DNA of 32,000 nucleotides. Origin: Vibrio vulnificus CMCP6. Lineage in GTDB: Bacteria; Pseudomonadota; Gammaproteobacteria; Enterobacterales; Vibrionaceae. How positions within the stretch are numbered: the stretch's first letter is position 1; each line of letters opens with the position of its first letter. The position numbers and the translations under genes are program-made. Under the pieces are notes generated by a model. It worked only from the letters and a program-made list of their open reading frames with translations. It was not told where the DNA came from and did no database searches. This document shows positions 1 to 9,726 of the stretch, piece by piece. Location of the stretch: NCBI RefSeq assembly GCF_000039765.1, contig NC_004459.3, positions 1,440,001 to 1,472,000 on the forward strand, given 5' to 3'.

Positions 1-1389
1 GCACGTTTGCAAATGCCCAATGCCAAGTACCAAACGGAAATTGATATTACGGGCAAAGTGCCTGTGTTGAGTGCAACCAACCTGGTGCTGGGCAGTGGTG
101 GCTTCAAAATTAGCCCAGTGGTGGGCCACCATGCCTTGATTCGTACCGAATACTTTGACCTCGACCAATGGCTGAGTGTGTTGAGTCAACCGCCAAAAGG
201 CGCGACATCGAAACTGGCACAAATGGATACGCCAGAGATTCCATTGCCTACACGTATCAAAGTCGAAACGCCAACCTTAATGCTCAGTGGCATCGAGTTT
301 CATGATGTGGATTTCTCGGCACGGAAGAAAAATCTCAATTGGCAGTTCAACCTGAAAAGCCAAGAGGCTGTAGGACAGGCGAACTACCTTGAACCTTACG
401 ACTTGGCGGTATCATTAGAGCGTTTGCATCTTTATGTACCAGGGTTGGATGAGAAGAAAGCGCAGGGTGAGTCCTTACTTACCGCGGAGAGTCCGGAAGC
501 GCCATTGATCAGTCAGTTTGATCGCGAATTTCATCAACTGATGCCAAACTTAACACTGAACATCGATGATTTTTGGTTGCAGGGCTACAAAGTTGGCAAG
601 GTGAACATTGATTTGCAGCGGCAAGGCAAAGCTTTGGTGTGGAAAAATATTTCACTGGTCAGTGGCTCAAATCGCGTGGATGTGAATGGCGACTGGACAT
701 TGGATGGGGAAACCAGTCAATCGCGCATGAATCTCAAGGTGAAAAGTGATAACAACAGCGATTTGATGGAGCGATTTGGTATTACCTCCGGCATTCAAAA
801 AGCGCCGTTTGAAATCACCTCACAAGTGATTTGGGATGGAGCGCCTTGGTCGATGCGGGTAAATACGCTCGATGGTGATGTGCAAACCGAATTTGGCAAA
901 GGCATCATTACTGACGTGAGCGGCGCGGCTCGTTTGTTGGGACTATTTAGTCTCGATTCCATCATTCGTAAAATGCAGCTCGATTTTACCGATGTGTTCG
1001 ACAAAGGCATGGCGTTTAACTCGATTAAAGGCACGGGTAAGATCCAAGATGGCGTGTTTGTGACCAATGATATTGAGATGGATGCCTTAGCGGGTGCGAT
1101 GAAAATTCGCGGGCTTGCCAACATGGTGACTCGAACGGTAGACGCGGAAGTGCAGTTTACTCCAGATATTACCTCTGGCATCCCGATGTTGACGGCGTTT
1201 GCGGTTGCGCCACAAACGGCACTCTACGTGTTGGCGATTTCCACCGTGATTTCGCCGGTTGTGGAAGTGTTTACCCAAGTTAACTATTCCGTCAAAGGGC
1301 CGCTTGACTATCCAACGGTCAGTGAAATTTCGCGTAGCCGTGGTGAGTTTGAACTCCCAGAAAAACTGCGCAAAGAAGCGCAAGAATAA
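1..1389 (+). CDS. yhdP: YhdP-family (AsmA-like) envelope protein, C-terminal part; 5' end lies outside the window
   Basis: Frame 1 is open from base 1 to TAA at 1387-1389. The C-terminal sequence (FNSIKGTGKIQDGVF...GPLDYPTVSE) resembles the E. coli YhdP C-terminus. It sits upstream of tldD, as in E. coli. Confidence 0.75.
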   Translation, partial: ARLQMPNAKYQTEIDITGKVPVLSATNLVLGSGGFKISPVVGHHALIRTEYFDLDQWLSVLSQPPKGATSKLAQMDTPEIPLPTRIKVETPTLMLSGIEFHDVDFSARKKNLNWQFNLKSQEAVGQANYLEPYDLAVSLERLHLYVPGLDEKKAQGESLLTAESPEAPLISQFDREFHQLMPNLTLNIDDFWLQGYKVGKVNIDLQRQGKALVWKNISLVSGSNRVDVNGDWTLDGETSQSRMNLKVKSDNNSDLMERFGITSGIQKAPFEITSQVIWDGAPWSMRVNTLDGDVQTEFGKGIITDVSGAARLLGLFSLDSIIRKMQLDFTDVFDKGMAFNSIKGTGKIQDGVFVTNDIEMDALAGAMKIRGLANMVTRTVDAEVQFTPDITSGIPMLTAFAVAPQTALYVLAISTVISPVVEVFTQVNYSVKGPLDYPTVSEISRSRGEFELPEKLRKEAQE

Positions 1390-1396
1390 GGAGCGA

Positions 1397-2224
1397 ATGA
1401 TGGAAAGGATTGCCATTATTCAAATGACGTCGACGTCAGACTGTACAGACAATGTGGCTTATATTGAGCATTGGGCAGAGCAGGCGGCCCTTCTAGGGGC
1501 AAGTTTGGTGGTGACCCCAGAAAACGCCTTGCTGTTTGGTGGCAGAGAGGATTACCACCAGCATGCCGAACCGCTTGGTAATGGCCCATTGCAACAGGCC
1601 ATGGCGCAGCTTGCCAAACGGCTGGCAGTGACCCTGGTGATTGGCAGCATGCCGATTCGCCAAGGGCATGACGTTACCACTACCAGCTTGGTTTTTGGCC
1701 CCAATGGCGAACGTCTTGGTCATTACAGCAAGCTGCACATGTTTGATGTGGAGGTCAGCGATGGCCATGGGCATTACCGTGAATCAGACAGCTTTTTGGC
1801 TGGCGATCGCAGCAGTGTGGTGGCCACGCCCATAGGCCGTTTAGGGCTTTCCATTTGCTACGATGTTCGCTTTCCGGCGTTGTACCAAACACTACGTCAA
1901 AAGGGAGCCGATATTTTGTTGGTGCCCGCGGCGTTTACTGCGGTGACTGGAGAGGCGCATTGGGAAATACTCTTGCGCGCTCGAGCGATAGAAAATCAGT
2001 GCTGGGTGATTGCCGCAGCACAAGGCGGAATGCATTCCGCCAGTCGTGAAACGTGGGGCCACTCTATGGTCATTGACCCTTGGGGGAAAGTCGTCGCACA
2101 ATTACCGCAACAAGGTGATTTGCTGCTTGCAGAGATAGACTTAGCCTTAAGTGACACGATTCGACGTAAAATGCCAGTGGTGAAACACAGCCGTTTTACT
2201 CATTTACTAGACAATAAAGATTGA
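1397..2224 (+). CDS. Carbon-nitrogen hydrolase family protein (Nit1/Nit2-like amidase)
   Basis: An AAGGAG Shine-Dalgarno at 1388-1393 precedes tandem ATGs at 1397 and 1400. The Glu-Lys-Cys triad contexts are visible (VVTPEN, YSKLHMF, LSICYDVRFP). The ORF-track extension back to 1259 overlaps yhdP and is rejected. Confidence 0.85.
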   Translation: MMERIAIIQMTSTSDCTDNVAYIEHWAEQAALLGASLVVTPENALLFGGREDYHQHAEPLGNGPLQQAMAQLAKRLAVTLVIGSMPIRQGHDVTTTSLVFGPNGERLGHYSKLHMFDVEVSDGHGHYRESDSFLAGDRSSVVATPIGRLGLSICYDVRFPALYQTLRQKGADILLVPAAFTAVTGEAHWEILLRARAIENQCWVIAAAQGGMHSASRETWGHSMVIDPWGKVVAQLPQQGDLLLAEIDLALSDTIRRKMPVVKHSRFTHLLDNKD

Positions 2225-2246
2225 ATAACAAGGCAGAGCCAAGCTT

Positions 2247-3692
2247 ATGAGCATAAATCAGATTGAAGAAGCGCTGTTAGCACCCGGGGGCCTGACGGCA
2301 GAGGATATCGCTGCTACGTTAGGCAGTATTGCGACGCGTCAAATTGACTATGCCGATATCTATTTTCAATCCAGTTGGCATGAGTCACTGGTGTTGGAAG
2401 ACAGCATTATCAAAGATGGCTCATTTAACATTGATTGTGGTGTCGGCGTACGTGCCGTGACGGGTGAGAAAACGGGTTTCGCCTATTCTGATCAAATTCA
2501 GTTGGATGGTTTAAAGCAAAGTGCGATTGCGGCACGAGGCATTGCTCAACAGGGGCAAAATGGCCAAGTTCGCGCCTTTAAACGCAGCGAAAACCAGCAC
2601 TACTATGCCGCAGTCAATCCACTGGCGGGATGGGAAAAACAACAGAAAACCGAACTGCTTAAATCATTGGATGCTTACATTCGCACTAAAGAACCGCTGA
2701 TTAAAGAGGTGTCGATTAGCCTCAGTGGCGTGCATGAGCAAATGTTGGTGGCAGCGACGGATGGTACGTACGCAGGGGATATTCGTCCTTTGGTTCGTCT
2801 TTCCATTAGTGTGTTAGCTGAGAAAGGCGAACGACGCGAGCGCGGCAGTGCGGGTGGTGGTGGCCGTTTTGGCTACGATTTCTTTATCGGTGATGAAGAC
2901 GGCGTCCAACGCGCGTTTCATTTTGCCGATGAAGCAATTCGCATGGCGTTGGTGAATCTAGAAGCCGATGCCGCACCAGCGGGCAGTATGCCAGTGGTTC
3001 TCGGTTCTGGTTGGCCGGGCGTTCTGCTGCATGAAGCGGTCGGTCATGGTTTGGAAGGCGATTTCAACCGTAAAGGATCTTCGGTCTTCTCTGGCAAAGT
3101 GGGCGAACAAGTGACTTCTTCTTTGTGCACCATTGTTGATGATGGCACCTTGAAAGATTTGCGCGGCTCACTGAACGTCGATGACGAAGGGGTGAATGGC
3201 CAGTACAACACGCTGATCGAAAATGGTGTGTTGAAAGGTTACATGCAAGATAAGCTCAACGCGCGTTTGATGGGGGTTAACCCAACGGGTAATGGCCGCC
3301 GTGAATCGTACGCGCATTTACCGATGCCGCGCATGACCAATACCTATATGTTGCCAGGTCAGCATACCCCAGAAGAGATCATTTCGACGGTGAAGAAAGG
3401 CTTGTACGCGCCGAACTTTGGTGGCGGTCAGGTGGACATTACTTCCGGTAAATTTGTGTTCTCGACCTCAGAAGCGTATTTGATTGAAGATGGCAAGATC
3501 ACCCGTCCAGTGAAAGGGGCGACCTTGATCGGCTCGGGGATCGAAGCGATGCAGCAAGTCTCGATGGTGGGTAACGATCTCAGCATCGATCGCGGTGTCG
3601 GCGTGTGTGGTAAAGCCGGGCAGAGCATTCCTGTTGGCGTTGGTCAGCCAACCCTCAAGTTGGACTCGATCACCGTAGGTGGTACTGAGTAA
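2247..3692 (+). CDS. tldD: TldD metalloprotease (microcin-processing / PmbA-TldD family)
   Basis: At 481 aa it is the same length as E. coli TldD. The HEAVGHGLE metal-binding motif is present, and it lies next to yhdP. Confidence 0.95.
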   Translation: MSINQIEEALLAPGGLTAEDIAATLGSIATRQIDYADIYFQSSWHESLVLEDSIIKDGSFNIDCGVGVRAVTGEKTGFAYSDQIQLDGLKQSAIAARGIAQQGQNGQVRAFKRSENQHYYAAVNPLAGWEKQQKTELLKSLDAYIRTKEPLIKEVSISLSGVHEQMLVAATDGTYAGDIRPLVRLSISVLAEKGERRERGSAGGGGRFGYDFFIGDEDGVQRAFHFADEAIRMALVNLEADAAPAGSMPVVLGSGWPGVLLHEAVGHGLEGDFNRKGSSVFSGKVGEQVTSSLCTIVDDGTLKDLRGSLNVDDEGVNGQYNTLIENGVLKGYMQDKLNARLMGVNPTGNGRRESYAHLPMPRMTNTYMLPGQHTPEEIISTVKKGLYAPNFGGGQVDITSGKFVFSTSEAYLIEDGKITRPVKGATLIGSGIEAMQQVSMVGNDLSIDRGVGVCGKAGQSIPVGVGQPTLKLDSITVGGTE

Positions 3693-3704
3693 TCTCATGA
3701 AATT

Positions 3705-3735
3705 AAAGGGGCGACGTGTTCGCCCCTTTTTCTTT
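3705..3735. terminator. Rho-independent terminator after tldD, possibly also serving the convergent PIN-PhoH gene
   Basis: Stem AAAGGGGCGA (3705-3714) pairs with TCGCCCCTTT (3720-3729) around a 5-nt loop, followed by TTTTTCTTT. The reverse strand also has a partial T tract after the stem. Confidence 0.7.
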
Positions 3736-3773
3736 GCGAGTCAACTTGTTTACTTATTGCGACTCTAACAAGT

Positions 3774-3861
3774 ACCCTAGCCCCTAGCCCCTAGCCCCTA
3801 GCCCCTAGCCCCTAGCCCCTAGTTCCTAGTTCCTAGTTTCTAGTTCCTAGCTCCTAGTTCC
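3774..3861. repeat. Tandem heptanucleotide array of about 12.5 units: ACCCTAG, (CCCCTAG)x6, then TTCCTAG x2, TTTCTAG, TTCCTAG, CTCCTAG, TTCC
   Basis: Read directly from the sequence. CTAG recurs every 7 bp from 3777 to 3857 (12 times). The array lies between convergent genes and ends 12 nt before the PIN-PhoH stop codon at 3874-3876. Confidence 0.95.
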
Positions 3862-3873
3862 TCTCTTTCTCCA

Positions 3874-5253
3874 CTACAAATTCTCCTCGGCAAACTCAGC
3901 CAAGCGACTGCGCACCACGCCATTGAGGTGGACGTTGGCGCTGCCTTCAAAGTTTTTAAAGCGCTCAACCATGTAAGTTAATCCTGAGGTAACTGGGGTG
4001 AGGTAGTGAGAGTCGATCTGCGCAAGGTTACCGGAACAGACGATCTTCGTCCCTTCGCCGCAGCGAGTAATAATGGTTTTGATCTGCGAGGCGGTGAGGT
4101 TTTGACACTCATCGAGCAGAACAAACGCATTTTGGATCGAGCGGCCGCGCATAAAGTTGATCGACTTAAACTGAATGTTGGCTTTGTCGACGATGTATTT
4201 TAGCGAGCCTTCGGTACAGTGATCGTGCTTGTGCAGTGCTTCTAAGGTATCGGTGACCGCTGCCAGCCAAGGCATCATTTTTTCTTCTTCCGTACCCGGT
4301 AAGAAACCGATTGACTCGCCAATGTCTGGGGTGTTTCGCGTGACGATGATCTTATCGAACATGCCTTTTTCAATGGTTTGTTCAAGCGCAGCCGCAAGTG
4401 CCAGTAAGGTTTTACCGCTGCCCGCCGCACCAGTAAGAATCACAAGATCGATATCAGGATCGAGCAAGGCGTCCAATGCCATCGCTTGGTAGATATTTTT
4501 CGGTGTGATGTCCCATGCTTTGCGGTGCATCAGGCGCTCACGGCTGAGATCGAGCAACGTCAATTTGTCACCATCGATGGTTTCGACGCGGCCAACGAAA
4601 TCACTTTCCTCAGCATCCACTACGTATTGATTGATAAACGTCGGATCAAACGGCGCTCGATCCAGCTTATGGAAAGTGCGTCCTTCCAAAGCGTAGCTTT
4701 CAACCTGATCGACTTGGCTCCAGAACTCACCTTCTCGCACTTGGTAGCCTTTGGTGAGGTATTGAATGTCATCAATTAATTGGTCGGTGCGGTAATCTTC
4801 CACATACCGCACCCCTGCGCCTTTGGCACGTAGGCGCATGTTGATGTCTTTGGTGACCAACACCACTTCGCGTGGGGCACGCTTGTTTTGTAGGTAGAGC
4901 ACAGCATTGAGGATACGGTTGTCGCCCGCTTTATCTGCGAATGCTTTGACGGTTTCTTGCAGTTCAAAATCGGCCAGAATAGAAATGGTGCCGCGGCCTT
5001 CGCCCTCTTTCGAAACAGGAATACCTTCTGAAATTTCATCAGGTGTCGCGTCTTTGAAAAGATCTTCCAACGCCCGAATGGCCACGCGTGCATCACGGGC
5101 CACATCTCGTTTGCTGTCTTTGATTCTGTCGAGTTCTTCAAGCACCGTCATAGGGATGACGACGTCATGCTCTTTAAAGGAATAAATTGCGAAGGGTTCG
5201 TGCAGCAGTATGTTGGTATCAAGTACAAACAGTTTCCGATCAGTATCGCCCAT
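3874..5253 (-). CDS. PIN-domain / PhoH-like ATPase fusion protein (PhoH2 / YlaK family)
   Basis: 459 aa. The N-terminus has a PIN signature (LFVLDTNILLHEP). The C-terminus has Walker A (GAAGSGKT) and Walker B (FVLLDECQN). A strong AAGGAG Shine-Dalgarno sits at 5259-5264 on the minus strand. Confidence 0.9.
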   Translation of the reverse strand: MGDTDRKLFVLDTNILLHEPFAIYSFKEHDVVIPMTVLEELDRIKDSKRDVARDARVAIRALEDLFKDATPDEISEGIPVSKEGEGRGTISILADFELQETVKAFADKAGDNRILNAVLYLQNKRAPREVVLVTKDINMRLRAKGAGVRYVEDYRTDQLIDDIQYLTKGYQVREGEFWSQVDQVESYALEGRTFHKLDRAPFDPTFINQYVVDAEESDFVGRVETIDGDKLTLLDLSRERLMHRKAWDITPKNIYQAMALDALLDPDIDLVILTGAAGSGKTLLALAAALEQTIEKGMFDKIIVTRNTPDIGESIGFLPGTEEEKMMPWLAAVTDTLEALHKHDHCTEGSLKYIVDKANIQFKSINFMRGRSIQNAFVLLDECQNLTASQIKTIITRCGEGTKIVCSGNLAQIDSHYLTPVTSGLTYMVERFKNFEGSANVHLNGVVRSRLAEFAEENL

Positions 5254-5774
5254 AGCGTCTCCTTGCCGTAAAGCCGGCTTTGCTCAAAGTACACTAAGCG
5301 GAAGAATGCGCTTCCTGCTTAGCATCTTGCCTGCAGAAGAGGTCGTGAGCATTCGGCGTAATATACCGACAGAGGCACCAATTGGGGCGCTTATGGCATG
5401 TCAACCGAGTAGCGAGACGACTTACTGCAAACCCGTGTTGATCCAAATCGATTACGTTAAAGCTAGCATGAATTGTGCCGAGTCATCTTTCTGACGCGTT
5501 CATGTTGGCTTAATTCGAGTATACGTCATTTTTGGAACACCAGGACTCACAAATGACACGCTTTCTTTACATTTTGATTTCATCGTCACGGCTTGAAAAA
5601 AATATTGGGATTCCGAGTGTTTGAGCGTGACCTCCATCACGCCATCAAGTAAGATTAGCGGCCTTTTTCTGCGGCGATTTCTTCATCGATTGATAATTGA
5701 TTTGTCCCGTTTGGCGGTGACAAAAAGCAGAACTAAGCTTTTAAGATTCACAATTAAAACGAGGTAGTCTATTC

Positions 5775-8684
5775 ATGGCATTTGCTTTGGGGCAGCGCTG
5801 GATCAGCGATACGGAGAGCGATTTGGGTTTAGGTACGGTAGTGGCGTTAGATGCTCGCACCGTGACACTGATGTTTGCAGCATCAGAAGAGAACCGAGTT
5901 TACGCCAGTAACGATGCGCCGGTAACCCGAGTAGTTTTTAATGTCGGTGATGTGGTTGAGTGTCAAGAAGGTTGGTCACTCAAAGTGGAACAAGTAGTGG
6001 AAGAGAACGGGTTATATACCTACCTTGGCACGCGTGAAGACACTGAAGAAACTGGTGTTGCACTGCGTGAAATCTTCCTGAGCAACCAAATTCGTTTTAA
6101 TAAACCGCAAGACAAAATGTACGCCGGTCAAATCGATCGCATGGACAACTTTGTGTTGCGTTACCGCGCACTCAAAAATCAATATGAACAACACCGCAGT
6201 CCAATGCGCGGCCTCTGTGGTATGCGTGCGGGCTTGATCCCTCATCAGCTCTACATTGCCCACGAAGTGGGTCGTCGTCATGCGCCACGCGTATTGCTGG
6301 CGGATGAAGTGGGTTTGGGCAAAACCATTGAAGCGGGCATGATCATTCACCAGCAAGTGCTGCTTGGCCGTGCTGAACGCATCCTGATTGTGGTGCCTGA
6401 AACGTTGCAACACCAGTGGTTGGTGGAGATGATGCGTCGTTTCAATCTGCATTTCTCTATCTTTGATGAAGAACGCTGTGTCGAAGCGTTTGCCGAGTCA
6501 GATAACCCATTTGATACCCAGCAGTACGTACTGTGTTCACTCGATTTCTTGCGTAAAAGTCGCAAGCGTTTTGAGCAAGCGCTCGAAGCCGAATGGGATC
6601 TGCTGGTGGTGGACGAAGCGCACCACCTTGAGTGGAGCCAAGACAAACCCAGCCGTGGCTACCAAGTGGTAGAAGGCTTAGCAGAACGCACACCCGGTGT
6701 GTTGCTGTTGACCGCAACCCCGGAACAGCTTGGCCGTGAGAGTCACTTTGCCCGCTTACGCCTTCTCGATTCAGACCGTTTCTACGACTACGCTGCGTTT
6801 GTTGAAGAAGAAGCGCAATACGCGCCAGTTGCGGATGCGATTACCGCGTTATTCTCCGGCGTGAAGCTGGCGGATGAGGCGAAAAACCAAATTACCGAAC
6901 TGCTTTCTGAGCAGGACGTTGAGCCGCTGTTCCGCATCATCGAAAGTAATGCTGACGAAGAGAGCAAAGCGATCGCTCGCCAAGAGTTGATTGATAATTT
7001 GATGGACCGCCACGGCACTGGCCGTGTCTTGTTCCGTAACACCCGTGCGGCGATCAAAGGCTTCCCTGTGCGTAATGTGCACCTGTTGCCGATGCCGATC
7101 CCAACCCAATACACCACCTCGATGCGTGTTTCGGGCATGATCGGTGGCAAGTTGGCCCCAGAAGCGCGTGCGATGAAAAACCTCTACCCAGAAGAGATCT
7201 TCCAAGAATTTGAAGGGGAAGAGTCGAGCTGGTGGCAGTTTGACTGCCGAGTAAACTGGTTGCTGGAAAAGCTGAAAGCGCAACGCAGTGAGAAAGTTTT
7301 AGTGATCGCTTCGCGTGCCAGCACGGCATTGCAACTTGAACAAGCGTTGCGTGAGCGTGAAGGCATTCGTGCCACCGTTTTCCATGAAGGTATGTCCATC
7401 CTTGAGCGCGACAAAGCCGCAGCTTACTTCGCGCAAGAAGAGGGCGGCGCACAGGTGTTGATTTGTAGTGAAATCGGCTCTGAAGGTCGTAACTTCCAAT
7501 TTGCTAACCAGTTGGTGATGTTTGACCTGCCATTCAACCCAGATTTGCTTGAACAGCGTATTGGTCGTTTGGACCGTATTGGTCAAAAACGTGATATCGA
7601 TATTCATGTGCCTTACCTGCAAGGAACCGCACAAGAAGTCTTAGCGCGTTGGTTTAATGAAGGCCTCAATGCATTTGCTGAAACTTGCCCAACAGGCCGC
7701 ACTGTCTATGACCAAGTCTCCGATCAACTGATCGAGATGTTGGCATCGGGTTCCAATGAGGCGTTGGATGACGTGATTGCGGAATCGGCCAAACTGAATC
7801 AAGCGTTGAAAGCCGATCTTGAGCAAGGGCGTGACCGTCTGTTGGAAATGCACTCCAACGGTGGGGAGAAAGCGCAGCAAATCGTGGCGGAAATTGCCGC
7901 CAAAGATGGCGATACCAACCTAGTGAGTTTTGCACTTAGCTTGTTTGACACCATTGGTTTGAACCAAGATGACAAAGGTGAAAATGCCATCGTGGTGACG
8001 CCGTCGGAGCACATGATGGTGCCGAGCTACCCAGGTTTGCCGTACGAAGGCGCGACGATTACCTTCGATCGCGATACGGCGTTGTCACGCGAAGACATGC
8101 ACTTTATCAGTTGGGAACACCCAATGATCCAAGGCGGCATTGATTTGCTGATGAGTGAAGGGGTGGGCACCTGTGCCGTTTCTCTGCTCAAGAACAAAGC
8201 ATTGCCGGTCGGCACTTTGCTGCTAGAGCTGATTTATGCGGTGGACGCGCAAGCGCCGAAACGCAGTGGTATTGGCCGCTTCTTACCTCGCACGCCAATT
8301 CGTTTGATGATGGACGCTCGTGGCAACGATCTCTCTGGTCAAGTGGAGTTTGAAAGCTTTAACCGTCAATTGAGCCCAGTGAATCGCCATTTGGCGAGCA
8401 AATTGGTTTCGTCGGTGCAAAACGATATCCATCGTTTGATTGAAGCCGGTGACCAGTTGGTGGTGGAAAATGTCGAAGCAATTCGTCAGCAAGCACAGCA
8501 AGAGATGCAGCAGAGTCTTAATAGTGAACTTGAGCGTCTGCAAGCATTGAAAGCGGTCAACCCGAACATTCGTGATGAAGAAATTGAGGCGATTGACGCG
8601 CAAATCAAAGAGTTGAACGGTTACATCTCGAAGGCGCAATTCCAATTGGATTCACTGCGTCTGATTGTGGTGAGCCACAACTGA
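5775..8684 (+). CDS. rapA: RNA polymerase-associated SWI2/SNF2 ATPase RapA (HepA)
   Basis: 969 aa, against about 968 aa for E. coli RapA. Helicase motifs are present: [21 protein letters not shown] and the C-terminal [11 protein letters not shown]. Confidence 0.95.
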   Translation: MAFALGQRWISDTESDLGLGTVVALDARTVTLMFAASEENRVYASNDAPVTRVVFNVGDVVECQEGWSLKVEQVVEENGLYTYLGTREDTEETGVALREIFLSNQIRFNKPQDKMYAGQIDRMDNFVLRYRALKNQYEQHRSPMRGLCGMRAGLIPHQLYIAHEVGRRHAPRVLLADEVGLGKTIEAGMIIHQQVLLGRAERILIVVPETLQHQWLVEMMRRFNLHFSIFDEERCVEAFAESDNPFDTQQYVLCSLDFLRKSRKRFEQALEAEWDLLVVDEAHHLEWSQDKPSRGYQVVEGLAERTPGVLLLTATPEQLGRESHFARLRLLDSDRFYDYAAFVEEEAQYAPVADAITALFSGVKLADEAKNQITELLSEQDVEPLFRIIESNADEESKAIARQELIDNLMDRHGTGRVLFRNTRAAIKGFPVRNVHLLPMPIPTQYTTSMRVSGMIGGKLAPEARAMKNLYPEEIFQEFEGEESSWWQFDCRVNWLLEKLKAQRSEKVLVIASRASTALQLEQALREREGIRATVFHEGMSILERDKAAAYFAQEEGGAQVLICSEIGSEGRNFQFANQLVMFDLPFNPDLLEQRIGRLDRIGQKRDIDIHVPYLQGTAQEVLARWFNEGLNAFAETCPTGRTVYDQVSDQLIEMLASGSNEALDDVIAESAKLNQALKADLEQGRDRLLEMHSNGGEKAQQIVAEIAAKDGDTNLVSFALSLFDTIGLNQDDKGENAIVVTPSEHMMVPSYPGLPYEGATITFDRDTALSREDMHFISWEHPMIQGGIDLLMSEGVGTCAVSLLKNKALPVGTLLLELIYAVDAQAPKRSGIGRFLPRTPIRLMMDARGNDLSGQVEFESFNRQLSPVNRHLASKLVSSVQNDIHRLIEAGDQLVVENVEAIRQQAQQEMQQSLNSELERLQALKAVNPNIRDEEIEAIDAQIKELNGYISKAQFQLDSLRLIVVSHN

Positions 8685-8710
8685 TCCCGAGTGATCCGTT
8701 AAACGACCAT

Positions 8711-8730
8711 CGGCTCCTTTACTGGAGCCG
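8711..8730 (+). terminator. Candidate rapA terminator hairpin
   Basis: CGGCTCC (8711-8717) pairs with GGAGCCG (8724-8730) around a 6-nt loop, 27 nt after the rapA stop. The trailing TTGGGTTAT is only a weak U tract. Confidence 0.4.
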
Positions 8731-8754
8731 TTGGGTTATGACAATATGCCCGTT

Positions 8755-8897
8755 ATCCCCTTCCTACTTGAAGCTGCAGCGGCGTTGACTACGTTCGTCC
8801 TCTGGGTCGCCAGCCCGGCCCAATTACATAGTCTTCTATGTTCATGGGGATGACCTCACTTGCCGCCTACCTGCAACTCCAAGTAGTTTGGGGACAT
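8755..8897. repeat. Imperfect-palindromic intergenic repeat of about 143 bp, ERIC/IRU-like (MITE-like)
   Basis: The left arm ATCCCCTTCCTACTTGAAGCTGCAGCGGCG matches the reverse complement of the right arm (ATGTCCCCAAACTACTTGGAGTTGCAGGTAGGCGG). The centre ATGTTCATGGGGATGACCTCAC resembles the remembered ERIC core ATGTAAGCTCCTGGGGATTCAC. Confidence 0.55.
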
Positions 8898-8917
8898 TTT
8901 TATAGTGAGACTTTGCT

Positions 8918-9670
8918 ATGGCGATGCTTGAGTACCTTCCACCGACCGATCCTTGGACGGAGATTATTTTCGAAGATGACCATATTTTGGCGGTCAACAA
9001 ACCTTCGGGATTGCTTTCGGTTCCGGGGCGCTTGCCAGAGCATCACGACAGCATGTGGAGCCGCTTGCAAGAGCAGTATCCTGAGATCCAAGTGGTGCAT
9101 CGCCTGGATATGTCGACCTCAGGTTTAATGGTGTTTGCCAAGAACAAGCGCGCAGAAGCGGCATTAAAGAAGCAGTTTCAATACCGTTTAACGCATAAGG
9201 TCTACTACGCACGCGTGTGGGGCCATGTAGAAGCAGATTCAGGCATGATTGATTTGCCACTGATTTGTGATTGGCCAAACCGACCGATGCAGAAGGTGTG
9301 TCATGAACATGGCAAGCCATCGCAAACGGCGTTTCAAGTTGCCAAACGCGAAGTGCATGCCAATGGAGCACAAACCACGATTATGCGCTTATTACCTGTG
9401 ACGGGGCGTTCGCACCAGCTGCGTGTGCACATGCAGGCATTGGGGCATCCGATTGTCGGCGATGAATTTTACGCCCAAGGTGACGCGTTTACCTTCTCCG
9501 AACGCCTCGAATTGCATGCCGCAGAGCTGAGCTTTTATCATCCTAAGAGCCATTGGCTACGCAGCTTATTCGTTCCTTGTGACTTCTATCCGGATGCCGA
9601 AGAGATGATCTTTTCATATTTCGATCCTGCGCGTAAATTACCGGATTACAAGTCGCTGCCCAAGAGCTAG
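8918..9670 (+). CDS. rluA: 23S rRNA / tRNA pseudouridine synthase RluA
   Basis: Close similarity to E. coli RluA (NKPSGLLSVPGR, the catalytic HRLDMSTSGL, PLICDWPNRP, TGRSHQLRVH). It carries about 30 extra C-terminal residues relative to E. coli. Confidence 0.9.
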   Translation: MAMLEYLPPTDPWTEIIFEDDHILAVNKPSGLLSVPGRLPEHHDSMWSRLQEQYPEIQVVHRLDMSTSGLMVFAKNKRAEAALKKQFQYRLTHKVYYARVWGHVEADSGMIDLPLICDWPNRPMQKVCHEHGKPSQTAFQVAKREVHANGAQTTIMRLLPVTGRSHQLRVHMQALGHPIVGDEFYAQGDAFTFSERLELHAAELSFYHPKSHWLRSLFVPCDFYPDAEEMIFSYFDPARKLPDYKSLPKS

Positions 9671-9726
9671 GCTCTCGCCTTTCACGTTTTCGATTTCTTT
9701 TCACTGGCAGTGCGTAAGGAGTTTTT

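Noticed and set aside
1259-1396. Upstream extension of the C-N hydrolase ORF
   Set aside because: It overlaps the 3' end of yhdP in another frame. The AAGGAG Shine-Dalgarno and a family-typical N-terminus (MERIAIIQM) point to 1397/1400 as the start.
3774-3861. The possibility that the tandem array is a CRISPR array or a telomere-like or integron site
   Set aside because: The units are 7 bp with no spacers, so it is not a CRISPR array. There are no cas, integrase or attC-like features nearby. It is a simple-sequence VNTR.
5210-5494. A 94-aa plus-strand ORF in the PIN-PhoH/rapA intergenic region, and the possibility of a CsrB-like sRNA there
   Set aside because: The ORF starts inside the PIN-PhoH coding region on the opposite strand, has no Shine-Dalgarno and resembles no family. 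The region has only a few scattered GGA motifs, far short of the dense repeated AGGA hairpin loops of Csr-type sRNAs.
6012-8645. Many 60-146-aa ORFs antisense to or out of frame with rapA (e.g. 6012-6452, 6849-7283, 7054-7452, 8283-8645)
   Set aside because: They lie wholly inside a well-supported 969-aa gene. Their composition is shadow-ORF-like (Arg/Ser/His-rich, low complexity), and they have no Shine-Dalgarno sequences or family resemblance.
8838-9128. A 96-aa ORF spanning the ERIC-like element and the start of rluA
   Set aside because: It is out of frame with rluA and is created by the repeat element. The rluA frame gives a full-length alignment to E. coli RluA.
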